A stretch of 61,333 nucleotides of DNA, filler included, from Bipalium vagum (Eukaryota), in NCBI GenBank assembly GCA_037834085.1. It is 3 parts of 3 records of this genome, joined end to end, with 100 filler letters (N's around TTAATTAATTAA, not from the genome) between each part and the next. Parts side by side here need not be neighbours in the genome. Positions count along the whole stretch, not along the records: positions 21,569 to 44,976 come from JBBMKC010209042.1; 2 more parts are not named here. One strand, written 5' to 3'. A program made the translations under genes and the position numbers. Shown one piece after another: positions 23,883-38,828 of the stretch. Numbering within the stretch: position 1 is the stretch's first letter; each line of letters opens with the position of its first letter. The notes under the pieces were generated by a model. The model saw nothing but the letters and a program-made list of their open reading frames with translations. It had not been told where the DNA came from and made no database searches.

Positions 23883-24999
23883 GAACATTCAAAATCTTGT
23901 TTTTAAATTGACAAAAATTTTTAATGGTTCAAATTGTACTTTTTATGATATTAATGTTTAACTTTTTTTATTATTACACTTGAAAATCGCAATTGTGCTC
24001 ATTTTTTGTCTTAGTATCTTTCATTATTTGTTGTAAACAGTTATCAAATTATTTTTTATTAAAATATTTGTTTATTAATTTATTACTAATTTTAAATTAT
24101 TGTTAATTGATAAACATATAAGACTCAGAACTTTTCTTGTTACAGTTGTTAGCACACTATCTAATTTTCTTTTACAGAAAAAGTCAGATTAACTATTTCA
24201 ACTTTTCAACAGTTAACAGAAAAATTTGTAACGGTATTGCATTTGAGTTGTGACTTTCAATCTATTTATTTCTTTTAAACAAAAAATTCAAATCAAACAT
24301 CACTATTGAAAACATTGTAATGATGTCATAAGTTTCACTAATCATCATATCAAAGCTGAGAATAACAAAATTTCTGATTTCTAGACTGCTATATTTCAGA
24401 TTTCGATTACATCTGAAAATTGGTTGAAATTATTTTATTTTTTGGATTTATATATCATAATTTCCGTTTGCTTGACTGAAGCGCTTTTGATTTTTCATTT
24501 TATTTAAATAATTTTTATTTTTTCTTCGATTAATATTTATCTTGTTGATATTTAATTTTCATACATTTTGATATTATAAAGAAGTAATTTAGCCAATAAC
24601 GGTTATTGAATAACCAGTTTAATTTATAAAAGTTTTAATTAACAAAATGAATCGAAATTCTGGCAATAGTTAAATTTAAATTAATAATTTTAAAAATACA
24701 GTTATTTAACATATTTCAATTATAAAACAAAAAGAATTCATTCGTATTTAAATATCGAAAATGAAAATTGTTAATTTTCTCAACACAAAAACTGTCGATA
24801 TATATATATATATATTTAAAATCAATTTTCCGATCAAAAATGAAGCATCTATCTGTAAAATTTGTTATTCAATATTTTTAAATAATTAAAGAAAATTGAT
24901 AGGCCAACATCAATTTGCTTGAACTGAGGGAATGATCAGAAATGTTAATTTGGAAGACGAACTACTCTATGGAAGGTGTTTTAATTTAAAAGAAATCTG

Positions 25000-25620
25000 T
25001 TAGAAATATTCTGAAACAGACGTGTGTTCTGGCAAGAAATATTGCTGATATTACATAGGATTAAATTAAGTGCCTAACTGGTTTCCATTTCTGCTACTGA
25101 GTTTTGTATGTATTGATGGTGAACAAACTGGCAATGTTGTCAAAGTTTATATAATGGTGTAGGAAATTATTTTTTACCGTTATTACTGCAAGCAAGGCAT
25201 GCAACCAAATTCTAATTTTGTTTGATTATTTACTAATAATCAAAGAGAATGAAAAAATGAACTAACAATAAGAAGAGCAGAAAAGTTGGGATCAGAAAAA
25301 TAAATGCTTCTTCTATTTATTGTTGATTCAATATGTTCTAACTGGAATTTCATTGAAGTAGTGCCACTTTAACAAAAATCATTTTTCATTGATATTTCTC
25401 AATTAAAAATTGATCTCCATACATATTTGGTTGGTTTTATAGGAATAAATTTTTCTGAAAGTCACTAACCATTTATCTCAATTGTTTATTTGCTTTCAAT
25501 CGTGGAATTATTGCGGAAAACGTTTCTGAATAATGGCTTGCAGCTGTATCAGGGCTAATGGTAACTTTGTTTTTATTTAATGAATGATTCTGGAAAATTA
25601 CATGAACCTTTTTTGATATT
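25000..25620 (-). mobile_element. Heavily decayed pogo/Tigger-like remnant
   Basis: YGDQFL (cf. DQIFNxDE) and VACLACSNNGKK (cf. LACSADGxKLP). Confidence 0.3.
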
Positions 25621-28600
25621 ATTAACTTTTGATATTAAAAGGTCTTAAGTCTTCCGTATGATATTCATTATTTATTTTAGTAAAATATATTACTTCCTCT
25701 ATGCCTCTGTACGTCTTAATTTAAAATATTTCTTTTTTATAGGTATGTATTTTTTTATACGTCAATGATACCTATTTTTCTTTTAATATGTTTATGAAAC
25801 TGATATAATATATAGTAATTATTATAACTAATATATAATTATATTTTTTTATTTTAAATGTTTTTTCTATATTTCATTTTAATATTATATCAATGAATCG
25901 ATTACCATAATTCTATTTATATTCAATAAAATTAAAAAGTCGTCAATAGTTTGCTAATTGTGTATCTAATTTTTGAATAAAGAAAATTTTGAAAATTATA
26001 ATGCCTTTCATATGAATTACAATTTGGACGATGTCGATTTTTTTAATAAATTTTAACTTCATACAGTATTGTATCCTTTGCATTTTAAATGCCTGAAACT
26101 GCTATTTGTAAGAATACAATATTTTTGCAAAATTTTCAGCTCCAATTCAAAGAAAAGCAGTATTAATAGAAATACATCGTTTATATACAGTTAATATAAT
26201 GGAATTTTAGCCGAAAGACCATTTCAAGACTTTCAATTAAAAAATCTGGGTTTTGGATCTAAATGATTAGGCGCAAGGAAAATTCTCCAAAACATTTGAA
26301 GAAGTTATTGAATAAGTAAAATTAACTGTTTTACAAAATATAAAAAATAGTAATTTCAAACACTCCATATGATATAAGAAAGATTCAGAATGTAAATTGG
26401 TACCTTCTAAATTAATGGAAAGAGGCAAGCGGCAAAGATAAACGTTATGAATGAAAAAATTAGGAAAATAAATTAATCATTTATGACTTACCTGATTTGA
26501 CCAGCAAATAATAAATTAAACAAAAATAATCAAAATAAAATAAATCAGAGTCACGATAATGGTTCGTTAATAGTGTTTGTAGGATGTAGATGAATATTAG
26601 TAAGGTTTGGAACCATGATATATGGTCTGGTATCTTCCATAATAACGAAATTACATGTATATTTTAATTGCTTACGACTACCACATTCATCTTTTATAAA
26701 TATTGAGTGCTCAATGTATATTTTACCAATTCAATAATAAGATTTAAATAATGATTATATTTTTATTACATTTATATTGTAATTTTTTTCTTCATATAAT
26801 ATAAAATTTAATGTAGAAAATAAAGAGTATGTTTCCACTTTGAACACGATATTTAATAGGTGAAGAAAAGGTAATATAAAAGAAAAAAAATAATCTCATT
26901 GATAATTTTTTTACAAATAAAAAAACCCTTGAATATAACAATTTGTTAGAGATATATAGTATAGTACAGCGCAAGTTATTTTAATAATGACTAAAAAATT
27001 CTTTATTAAAATCCCTAGGAGAAAAAATTCTTTTCGAAACAAAAATGATTAAAAGTTGTATAACAGCTTAAAAATTATAGGTAATTTTCATGTGGAATTT
27101 TTTAATACATTAAAATAAAACGATTTAATTTTTATTTAAAAAGTTTTATGAAGAATTAAATTACTTACAAGGATGTTACTCAAATGAAACTCAAATATTG
27201 AACAAATATAAAAAGCAAAAATTGTATTTTTAATAACTTAGGAAAACGCGGGAAACATTTAACCTCTGTTATGAATTGAAGTTCATAGAGAAAAATACCG
27301 ATTAAAATCTAAAATTTATAAAAATTTTATTAATAAACCAATTTAAACGAAACAAAAATTGTTATTGATAATATTGAATATAAATTTTGTTATTGATTTT
27401 TTAATAAATAAGAATTCAGGTTTTATGAAATAGGATACTTGAAATAACAATTTTGCCACAGGATATGCATTATTTATAAAAGTTAAATAAGAAAATATTA
27501 AGTAATATATTAATTTTGAACTATTTTAAATTAGAAATTGAGAATAATTAAATTTTTTATCTAATTAAAAAATTATTTTAATTTCTAAAGGGTGAATCAT
27601 ATTTTTATCACTTATTGTCACACTCAAACAAATATATAATATCTTTAAATCTAAACAAGATATAAAATCTAATAAATAAATAAGTAAACTATTAATTAAA
27701 TATTTTTATTTATTTTTATTTGTCAAATATCTTTATCATTTCCTTGTATTGTTAGGTAATTTTAATAATTAGAAATGTGAAACTGAGAAACATTGATTAG
27801 TTATTTATATATTTATTATTTTTTCATTATAAAAATTATGGATTGTAATATTTGATTTCAAATATAGAGATAATTATATTATTTATAGAAATTTATTTTG
27901 AAAACATCATAGCAGAAATATTGTTAAATATAAATAACTAGTATGTAAGCCAACTTATTGGTTTTTCTTTGCCATTAGTTTAACTAACAGTTTAAAGTCT
28001 AATATTTAAATGCAATATCAATAATATTTAATACATATATAGCCAAATATTTTTAATATCTGTAATACACGCAAGTAATAAAAGATTAATTAATTAGTTG
28101 TTATTTTAAAGAATGAATTATAATTATGAATAAATAATAATAATAATAAAAAATTATAAAAGATAATAATAATAATACGAAAAAAAATAATAAATAAAGA
28201 TAATAAGTAATAATAAAAGGAAATATTAAATTTCCAAATTTTGTTGATCAATAATTTTCTTATGTAAAAAAATTATCTAAAAATGAAAAACTTATTTTTA
28301 AATTTATTTTACATATAGTTATGAATTTTTAAAATAGTAATAAAATGTTAACATGTCGAAAATTACCATAATAGTGTCATCAAAATTATATTTATCTACT
28401 GATAAGTTATGGATTGAAATGTGTTATAATGTTTAATTATATTTCGCTCTTGTGTCATTAAAAAAAGAATATTTCTGTTGCTTTTGAGTAAAATATTTCA
28501 TTCTAATCCTTTGAGACTTATGTGTCCTTCAATTAGAAATTATTTCCACTAGGGAATAGTAAACAAGCTTTTTATCAATCAGTTTTTAGTAAAGTCTGTT

Positions 28601-29280
28601 TTAATAAATGTTTTACTTAAAAAACTAAAATTTTATCCAATTATTAAAATATTTTAGACTTTCATTTTAACTATTTATTATTAGGAATTTATGTAGTGAT
28701 AAAAATTTAATAAATAATATAAAAATTTATGAAAATAAACAATGATGTTTGTATGTAAATACCAAAATTTTAAAACGACTCATGAAAAAAACAAATAAAT
28801 TAATAATAATAATGTACATAAATCATCATAAAAATTTGTTTACTGGTTATATTTATTAAAATAGAGCAAGATAAAAATTTAAAGTTCATGATAAATAATT
28901 TAGATGTTTAACAAATTCCCAAGTTAATAATCAATGACCATTATAAGGTTTGACAATGTTTAATAATAAAAATATATAATTTAGGCTATTAGAAAATCAA
29001 TAGAAATTGAAAGCACTAACTAATTATTAATTATACTAGTTTCATTAAAATTTAGGATTTAACCTCATAAAAATAGCAGAAATATTTATTACAATTTTTC
29101 AATTTTTAAATTACTCAAGATTTTTCTTATGGTTAGGAATCATAAACAGATTTATTTTATAAATATCTGTTGCTTTATTTAACTGACAGATTGTAGTTTT
29201 ATCTGTATTAATAAGATCAGTATTTTTAAAGTAATTAATATTAAAAATTAAAATAAAATAGGTTTTTAAGATAAATAAAT

Positions 29281-30340
29281 ACTGGGTTGATAAATTCTTA
29301 TTTAGTGAAAAGTTTTAAGAATGGTGGATTCTGCGTTCGAAGAAATCTTTATCCTTTAGTATAATGCACAAATCTATCCAATTTTTGATTTCATCGTAAG
29401 ATTTAAATGCGTGGTGGAAAATTAATGTTGCATGGAACAAACTAGATAGAATTCAAATGATAAAATCTCTGGATAAGTAAGATCTCCCAACCAAATGTTT
29501 TTGATGCTTTCTTTACTTCTATGCAGCATGTGGTCTGGCGTTATCCTGTTGCAAGATAATGTTATTGTGTCTTTAAGCACATTGGGGTCTCTTGACATCT
29601 ATTGTTCGACTTAAATCGAGTAATTTCTGCTGGTACCATTATCCAGTTACAGTTTCGTTCGGTTTCAGCCGATCATAGTTCAAAATTCCCATTTGATTCC
29701 ACCAGATACATTGTATTGTTGATTCGACAATTCATCAGAAAATTTCAACGATTTCCCTCGTTTAGGGTTTTCATACTAAGCCCATTGTTCCTATTCGGTT
29801 ACAATTCGAAGCAAAACTTAGTGTATAATAAGAAGGATTTCGCAAACAGTTTTAAAATCTCTTTTACCTTTCTGTTGGTTCATGCAGTAACCTTGGTTTT
29901 GTACTATTTCCATTGAGTACAAACGCTTGCAACAGTAGATCCGTGAAAATTTATTATTCGTGCTATTTCTTCAAACATTTTGCAGGGATCTTCTTTCTTC
30001 ATCTTCAAACTTCTTTAGTTGATATAAACGTTCTTTATCCTGTATGTTGTAGTCACCAGTCTTAAATCGAAGGATATCTAACAAGCTTGTAACAATAATC
30101 TATAGGTTTCTGCCTCTATTTTCCTCATATTGAAGTTAAATAATACTGTCTCCCAAAAATGATCTACGGTATATAATTTTGCATTTCCGCCTTAAATAAT
30201 AACTATGTTAAACAAATTAAACAAAAAAATCGATATAAATTTTACCTGAAATATTAGTTCAGTTTTATTTGCGTTGAAAAATATGAAATTTGTATTATAA
30301 ATTGATCTATCACATAACGATGAAAATTAATTCCCATCTA
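29281..30340 (-). mobile_element. Decayed mariner element
   Basis: FKTGDYNIQDKER, LQQDNARPHAA and GWEIL motifs; TIR-like ends. Confidence 0.75.
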
Positions 30341-30989
30341 TAATATGTTCAATGTTTTATGAATAATTTCCGATACAATTATTTTCCTGTGTAGTTTGTG
30401 TTAGTTTAAAAAAAAATTCAAAAATTAGAAATCAGTTTAAATACTCAGTGTGAATATTAACCTAAAAATTAAATTTAACAATAAGCAGTAATTCCGAGTG
30501 TTTCGGAATTAAATCGGATTTGAGTAAATGATATAGAGGACAATCAATCATTTATTATAACTTCATCAATTAAAGTAAATAGAAAAAATAAATAAAAATC
30601 AATATCAATCAAAAGAGATTTATTAATTTTTGTGATTTCGTTTTTGTGTAACGCTGTTCTACAAATTCTCTTTTTATATCTATTTATTGATCTATTTAAC
30701 CTTGGTCATTGATTTAAATTGAGTTGAAATTTTTAGTAAAAATTAGTCAAATTAGTGATGTGGTCTCTGACAAATTTACGTATTTTATTCAAATTTTGAC
30801 TTCAAATTATCATTAATGATATTATATTGAATGTTTCTTTTCTTTTATATTTGTCGCAAAAAGTAATATGATGCTTTTTGACTTATTTTCCAGCCAGAGA
30901 AGAATTATATATAATAAGAATTATAATACTAAAGTAAAGTCTCATCATCTGATCATTTCTAGTTTAAAAATCTAAAAATTTAGAAATAT

Positions 30990-31830
30990 AAAATTAAGTA
31001 CACAGCATCTTAAATCAAAAATTATTCCCCACTGCTATTAATGATGTTCAGCCATCTTACAGGGACACCAAGATTCTTTTTGTTCAAGAATTCAGGCTTC
31101 TTTGAGTCAAAGTAAATGTTGACTCAACTTTTAATGTTTTCATTATTTTATTTCTCACTCATTTCTACTGTATGGACCTGAACAAGTACTAATCCAATGG
31201 TACCATTTCCGGAATATAATGCGGATTGGGACAACTTCCAAGCCTAATTCCTTGCTTTTCAACTGTTTGATTTTTACTAAATGTGGTCGAACATTGTCTT
31301 GTAACAATCTTATTTCTATGGTATACATTCCTTAACGACGAAGAGCATTGTTCAAGTAGCTTAATGTTGACAGCACAGTTCTGCAGTTATTGTTTCTCCT
31401 CGATCAAGAAACTCAACAAACATTGACCTTGCATATCCGATCAAACCACTCTTTTACTAACATAATATTTGACTTTTGTTGTTGATATAACCTGATCCCC
31501 TTTGAAAAACATTGCGCTTTGAAATGTGGGTTATCATGAGAAATTCACTTTTCATGCCGATATGTTTTTTCAAACCGATGTAGGTTGTTACAAATAGTCT
31601 TCTGAGAACATTCAAACTTACAGGAAAGCTGGCGTGTGGATTGTTGAGGAATTGACTCAATGCATTCCTTTAAAAAGTCACAATTTAGTGTCAAAGATCA
31701 ATGGTCAAATTCTAAATCCTACAGACTCACCTCCTCGAAATTTCTTTAATCAATGTTGACTGACGTTCATATATAACATGGCGACCAAAACCATTGCGAA
31801 GCTTCGTGCACGATTGCGCGCATTTAACTG
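30990..31830 (-). mobile_element. Decayed mariner element
   Basis: LLQDNVRPH and YFDSKKPEF motifs, plus N-terminal WLKKFRGG. Confidence 0.7.
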
Positions 31831-32258
31831 TAATAAAAAAAATTAGAATTTTAAATTAATACATAAGTTTATTTTAATAACAAACAAATTCACTATTCTC
31901 TATCATTTTAAATTGATAATCATAAAATTTGATTTTATTTATTTATACATTATTTTTAATTGAAAAAATTTATATTCCTTCCTTAAACAAAATTGATATT
32001 TTAATATTTTTCAGAAAAAGCTCTAGGCAGTCATAACTGTTCAAAATCCGATAATCTTTTGTCAGGGAAAGGCAAGTCAAATAGTTATCAAGGTCTTAAT
32101 TGGTTTTTTATAAAATTTGCTTTTTTAGAAATAAATATTTTCTTAATTCAATATCAATATAAACTTCGTTCGTTTAATCTATTTTCACCATTATGAGCTG
32201 AAAACAAAAAACAAATAATTAATTAATATTAATTCAATTAAATGTAATATTTATATTG

Positions 32259-32268
32259 ATGACTTTTG
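32259..32268 (+). CDS. GRIP: Probable first coding micro-exon of GRIP (MTF + G)
   Basis: ATG ACT TTT G followed by a consensus GTAAGT donor; phase 1 matches the exon at 33278. Confidence 0.5.
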
Positions 32269-33277
32269 GTAAGTGATAATTGTCACATTATTTATTAATA
32301 CAATATATTATTTTATCATATTGTTACATATTATTAATTATTTATTAATGACGAAACAATTTAATTAATATTTTTTGTTGTTATTGTCTTTTTATTAATA
32401 TATAAAAAATAAAAAATAATTGCTATTTCACGAATATAAATATATTTATATGAATTAGAAATATTATAAATTTCGGACAATAAAAGATTGAAAAAGAAGG
32501 GAAATATTTTAAAATATCTATAAATTAAAAATAAATAGTTAAAAAGTTTTCAATTACTGGTAATAAATCTTTAAAATAATTACTTTATTTCTTGAAATGT
32601 TTTAAAATTAATAAAAATAAGAAATTATATAAATGAATTTAAAAATAAAATTGGTTCTTTCTTAAAATTTATGAAAAAATGAAAAGGAAAAACTAATAGG
32701 AACTCTAACTACAAAATAGTTGGTGCAATGTTGTCGTCTGTAACTTTTATTTATATTCATTGATTTAGCTTATTCAAAAAATATGTTACATTAATATCAG
32801 TAAGAAAATAAGAAATCACTTTAATTTAACACTCACTATAGTATAATTCTATCATTTTAATCATTTTAATTTAATTTCATTAATCATTTCAATGTTAAAT
32901 GTATAATTATAATTGATTAAATTCATCAATTTTTTTTAGTGAATTGTGAAATCTCATTATTAAGTTCACTTGAACTTTCTTGGGTTGGTTAGTTTTACGA
33001 TTAAAACCTACCAAAATGTGAACCATTCATTTTTGATTTAAATTTACCATTTTATCTCACTTTCAGTTCTAAGATATTTCTTTCAATATTTCAAATAAAA
33101 TTGTAAATATTAATTTTTCTAACTTTTATTTTGTAATTTTCAATTTTTATAATTTCTATTTTTTGTGATAATTAATATTTTAATAATAATTTTCATATTT
33201 AAGCTTAATTTAATTTTCATTTATAATAATAAAATTTTTTAAAAGTAATTATATAGTAAATTAAAAAAAAATTACAG

Positions 33278-33410
33278 GAAAGATAAGTCGCATAAGTGTG
33301 GACATCACTAAAAAGGATAATGAAACATTAGGATTAACAGTTTCTGGAGGAGCTGATCGAGGAGAAACTCCTGTTATTGCAAATATCAGACCTGGTTCCA
33401 TAGCCGAAAG
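33278..33410 (+). CDS. GRIP: GRIP (glutamate receptor-interacting protein) exon, PDZ1 N-half
   Basis: [43 protein letters not shown](R) vs GRIP1 [34 protein letters not shown]; ttacag / gtatt splice sites. Confidence 0.9.
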
Positions 33411-33708
33411 GTATTAAAAAATTTGATTTTGTTTAAATCACAAAAATTAGTTATGCTATCTTCGCATATTGAAAAGTCCAATATGAATTTAATAATTTTT
33501 TTCAAAATAATTTCTGTAATGGTTAATTTTGTACTTAAACTTTAATAAAAATATTTTGTTAATTATTATAATAGAATTTCTGTAATATTTAATTACTTCA
33601 AATTTTTAGGCCAGAAATGAAGATATTCAATTTTATGTTTGGTTCACTTAATATATTTTAATGTGAAAGTGATCACAAGAGGATTAATTGGTATCAGAGA
33701 AAAATTAT

Positions 33709-34450
33709 AGTGGGACACAAAATAATTTCCAAACCTTGTAAAATTAAGAAATCTTGTTTATTTTTAAAGGACATTAAACTTAAAATTTTTTTTTAATTGA
33801 TGATAGTACAAGGTATAAAAACATATTTTAACAACCTTGTATCATTAAATATAGGTTGGAATTAAATTAAATCAAGTTCGTGTATATAATTAAATTTTTT
33901 GTTGACAATAGTTAATTGCTGCACTATTTTAATTAATTGATTAAATTCTACCACAAAATTGTCTCGGAAATTACAGATGGCTCGGAAATAAGATTCATAG
34001 GAATGAAAGTAACACAAGATATTATTTTAAAAATGGTGATAGTAAAAAAAGAAAAATGGTCCAATACTTACCTTTCTAGTAAAACTGAACAGATTGATTA
34101 TTCCCAAAGCCTTTCAATCGCTTTAAATTGCTACAATTAAAAAAGAACATTATGTCAATGTAAGTAAGGAGACTATCTTGCGTGTTTTATACAATTCCAA
34201 AATGTTATATCTTTACAAGAAAACGGTAGTTAAGTCACTTCTGAAAGTCGAACACAAAATGAAGCTTTTATATTGTTCGAAAACTAAACTTATGTGGAAC
34301 GACGAATGGAAAAATGTTATCCGGAGTGACGAGATCTTTAATGATTTGAGCCTGTTACAATTTCAGTAGGAAGGAAGTAGAGTCGAAATATTTGATTATC
34401 TTTTAATTGTGACAGAAATTGTGATAAAAATAAAGTTCGTCATTTGAACT
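33709..34450 (+). mobile_element. Decayed Tc1-like element
   Basis: Terminus tagtgggacacaaaataa; WNDEWKNVIRSDE motif. Confidence 0.55.
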
Positions 34451-37400
34451 GATTATTCCCTTTCTTACACCAACTGGTGAAAAAGAGTCAGATTGAAAGA
34501 TATATTTTGGTGTTAACTTCGATCGATTCATCGAGTATTAATATTTGTAACTTTATTTAGTATACCAAAATCTTGTAATATTAAGATAACTTAGATTATA
34601 ATTTTGGAACAAAAGAAATGTTATTTTAGAAAAAAAGAAATTTAATTTTAAAAGCATTGAAAATTACATAATCTCTGATCATTTATATTGATTTATACTA
34701 ATAAATTGGTTCATTTCAAATTCACATCCAAAGTTACTTATTTCTGTTAATCATTAGAATCCGATCTTTTATACATAAAATTAACATGAAATTTTAGAAA
34801 ATAATTGATAAATCAATAATCTCAACGGGTTCATATAACTAGGAATTATTTTAAAAGTAAATGTACAAAATATATGCATTTCTATCTCCTGAATAATAAT
34901 AAAAATTTTATTTTAAGCTAACACTATAAATTTTGTTTAAACAAAATTATGTTATTATTATATTATTAATATTATATTATAATATTATAAAATATTAATA
35001 TTAATATTAAAAAATGTCTCGAACTTCATCAGTTAGTGGTATATACACTTAAAATCTAGTAAAAATGAAATTTCCCTTGTATTTTTTTTTCATGATTTCA
35101 TCAAAACTCTAATGATTACCCCCTTTTTACAACATCTGTAGTTCTAGTTAATTGGAAATGTTAACTAATACGTGTTCTGAGGAGGCACTGTGTACTGACT
35201 ATTATGTGTGTTAAATTTTTGAATCAATGCAAAATATTAATTTAAAAATAAGGTTTGTTGATTTAATTTTTGAATATTTTTTCGTTTTAGTTATTAATGA
35301 TATTAAATTTTATTCTATCTTTACAAATTTCTCTATTGTACGTAGTGCGCTCATTAAGTACATAGACTGAACAATAATATATAAAACCGATTTTATTTAA
35401 ACTTTCAATAACAAACATGTAGCAAATCTATATTTATTTTTCAATATAACTACTAACTTCACACATTTTTGCAAATTTTTAGAATTTGGTTTAAGGGAAA
35501 ATTGGTGGATAATACTTTTTGAACTGGAATCCGCTTTATTAATGAATATGATGGAAGATCTAACTATTCATTTTTAAAATTTTTAATCCTTTGCTCTTTT
35601 ATTATAATGATATTCAAAAATGAATTTTTTCTTTATGTATCTTGATTTTTATATTTTCGTGCAGATTATTCACTGGTGGTTCAAAAAATTATGCCGAGAG
35701 TGAAATTAACGGATGTGAAATTATACAGTGTTGACTGTATATAATATATTTTTTAAATTTCTTCTCTTTCTTTAAAATTCACAATTTATTCTTAGGTTGT
35801 TCTGTTTTAGTTCTCCTTAAGAATATCTATCGGTGGGTGAAAATTTAATAAACAGAATTTTTCCTAATTCTTTGTCGATTCCCTGAAAATCTTTTGATAT
35901 CAAATCAATGTCATTTTCTTGTTTGAGTGTTAAATTTCGTGAAAAGTAAATTTTAAATACCTCTGTCTTTTTCATTTACTTCCAACTTATTTAGTATTAT
36001 TTTAATATATCACGATATGAATACCGATGAAATAAAGTTATTTTTTTATCATAATTTATTTTCCTTGTTTTTATTTCGGTGTTTAAGACTTTCATTTAGG
36101 TTTCTGCAGTTTTTATCAATATTAACTCACCTGGTAACATTTGCATAATTTGTCTAATTAATGTTCTTCGCCCACTGTCGTCAGTGAATCATTCAGATTG
36201 ATGAATAACCCCTAATGAATATTATCTTATTTGGGAATTTTATAAATAAATAAATTGTTTTAAAAATAATATAATCAGTGTAAGCGAATAATTTTTAACA
36301 CACTGTTAAAAAGTATCTGAAACGTCAGTAATCCAATGTAATATCTTGTATGATGTTTCATTTTTAATTACCAATTAATGGCTGCTTAAACCTATATAAA
36401 ATTGAAAAATTACTTTGTTAATATCTAAAAGCTTAAATTCGATATTTATTTCATAAAAGACAATGTCTAGAAAAATGATATTAATATTAGTTGTACAAAT
36501 ATGACTCTGTCGGCTTTTAATGATGCTTATTAATTGTATCATAGAAATATTAGGATTACCGTTTTAATAATGCTCCACCATTGTTGTAATTTTGTTTAAA
36601 TATATTGATTTATAAATATTAATCATATCAATTTGAAGCTAGTATTTCGTTTAATATGGTTATGCTCGTAAATTAGGTATCTAATACAAACATTAAATAA
36701 TTTTTATTTAATTTTGATACTTGTATTTTATAATCAATAATCCATTGTGCTGGCTGATATTTGATCTCATCAGTAGGTAGAGCGAGAAAGAGAATTTAAT
36801 TTATGATAATAAATGTTAAATTTATATATTATTGAATAAGAATAATTTTAAAACTGAGATTTAAATTCGGTCGTTTCATGTTAGAAAACTTTTATTTTTA
36901 ATTTGATAATTTTCACTGCAGTTCATTTTTGATTAAATGTTCTGCATACATGTCCTGTGTAGCAAAAATCAATAGCTGATCTACAACCGATCAACTTTTG
37001 ACTTGTTTTCGACTCTGTATCAATTTTTTCATAAATTCATTCCTGCCATTATTATAGATTAATTTTAATTTTAGGCGTTATATATCATTTTAAATTTAAT
37101 AATCTCAGCAAAGCATGCAAATAAGGAAAAAGCTCCGTTACTGACAACGTTTTCTTTTATTGACTGATCGATATTTTCATCAAATTTTCTTTCCATTATC
37201 AATTTTAATTTATACACAAATTCAATGTCTATTTTTTTCTTATTTTTTTTAAGTGTATAATATATTTATTGACATCAATTTTTAATGTTTTTTTGAAAAA
37301 CAGCCATCATATGTTATTTTCGTTTTTACTGATTATTTTAATAAATAGAGAAGCTGTTGTCAATTTTGTTCAGTAAGTAGATCTTTAATATAAGTTTTAT

Positions 37401-37605
37401 TTTCAATAATAAAGAAAATCATTTGATTACATTGAAGTATTAAAAAATCGATTGACCAAATTTATCAATAAAATAAATATCAAATAATAAAATTAAAATA
37501 TGATCATTTAAAAAATTAAATAATTTTCGTTAAAATATCTCACTCTTACAAAATTACAAAAAATTATTTTTTTTATTGTTTATTAGAAATTGTATTTATA
37601 TTTAG

Positions 37606-37751
37606 AAGCGATATTTTTTTAATTGGTGATCATATTATTTCTATTAATGGAATTTCAACATCATCCCTCTGTCACCAGGAGATTGTTAGCCTAGTGAAGT
37701 CGTCCAAGCCAAAGATATCTTTAATAATTGACTATGAGTTACCTGAGAAAA
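37606..37751 (+). CDS. GRIP: GRIP exon, PDZ1 C-half
   Basis: SDIFLIGDHIISINGISTSSLCHQEIVSLVKSSKPKISLIIDYELPEK vs GRIP1 SDQLDVGDYIKAVNGI..HDEIISLLK..LEVEYELP; phases 2 in, 1 out fit both neighbours. Confidence 0.9.
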
Positions 37752-38828
37752 GTAAATTATATTATTTGGAAAATAATAATTATTAATAAATGAATATTAT
37801 AATTTTTTCTAATAATTTAATTAAAATTTAATTTAATTAAAATTTACAAATTATTCACATAAATATTATTATAAAAAGTAAAAATGTCATAGTTTGATCT
37901 TAAATAAACTTAGATTCTTAGATAAACTTAAAGAAAAAGAAATGAAAAATATATTATATAAATAATCTTAAACTTCACGACAAACAATGAAAAGATTGCC
38001 ATATTTTCAGTGCATGATTTTAAAAATTAAATAATTAATTTTTAAAAGTTCATCGAATAATTAAAAATTTCTGGAGCTTAGTTCAGGTGATTTATTATTA
38101 ACAGTAACAATGTCTAGAGCTTATCAATAAGCTCATATTTTTAGGAGATTGAGTCCTAAATCTTTTCTAACACGTAAATTCTTTAAGGAGTATTTACTAT
38201 ATGTAATAAATTATTGAACGACAAAATGAAAAAATAACATGAGTCCATGTGATTTAGATTTTACAAATTTAAAAATTATATATTTTAACTTCTAATATAA
38301 ATATATATTAAAAATATTATATATATAAATTTTATAATTAACTAATAGCAGCAAATTGAATACAAATCTATTTAATTAATGAAAAATAATTTTTAAATAA
38401 TATTCCATATTTATCAAAATATTAACACTAAATTAAAAAATTAGATTAATAATTATTTAAGTGACAAAATCAGTATAATGAATAATTTCCTAAGATTTTA
38501 ATAAAACGAACTATTCAATTTTCTTCTTATTTCAAAATAAAAATAAAAATATTACGAAAATATCGTATTTACAATCAGAATATTAACTTTAAAAAAGAAA
38601 ATTTTCCATTTGCAAATAATTCTTGATATTATTGAAATATTTGACCTAGAAGATAATTGTTGAAATATATTTTACCCAATCAAAAATAATGTACAAATAA
38701 TATCAGATAAAATATTTCTTTAAGAATAAAAAGTACAAAAATATCCCATTATTATTGCAAATCAACAAATTATAACTTTTGATTATTATTTTTGTTATTA
38801 TATATTATAATTCCATAGCCCATTTGTA

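Noticed and set aside
26490-26980. Possible minus-strand membrane-protein exons (donor ag|gtaagt near 26492)
   Set aside because: No start codon, credible acceptor or in-phase downstream exon; hydrophobicity is explained by T-rich DNA.
36900-37200. Possible Mutator-like transposase (LLIFATQD)
   Set aside because: One short motif in broken frames; insufficient support.
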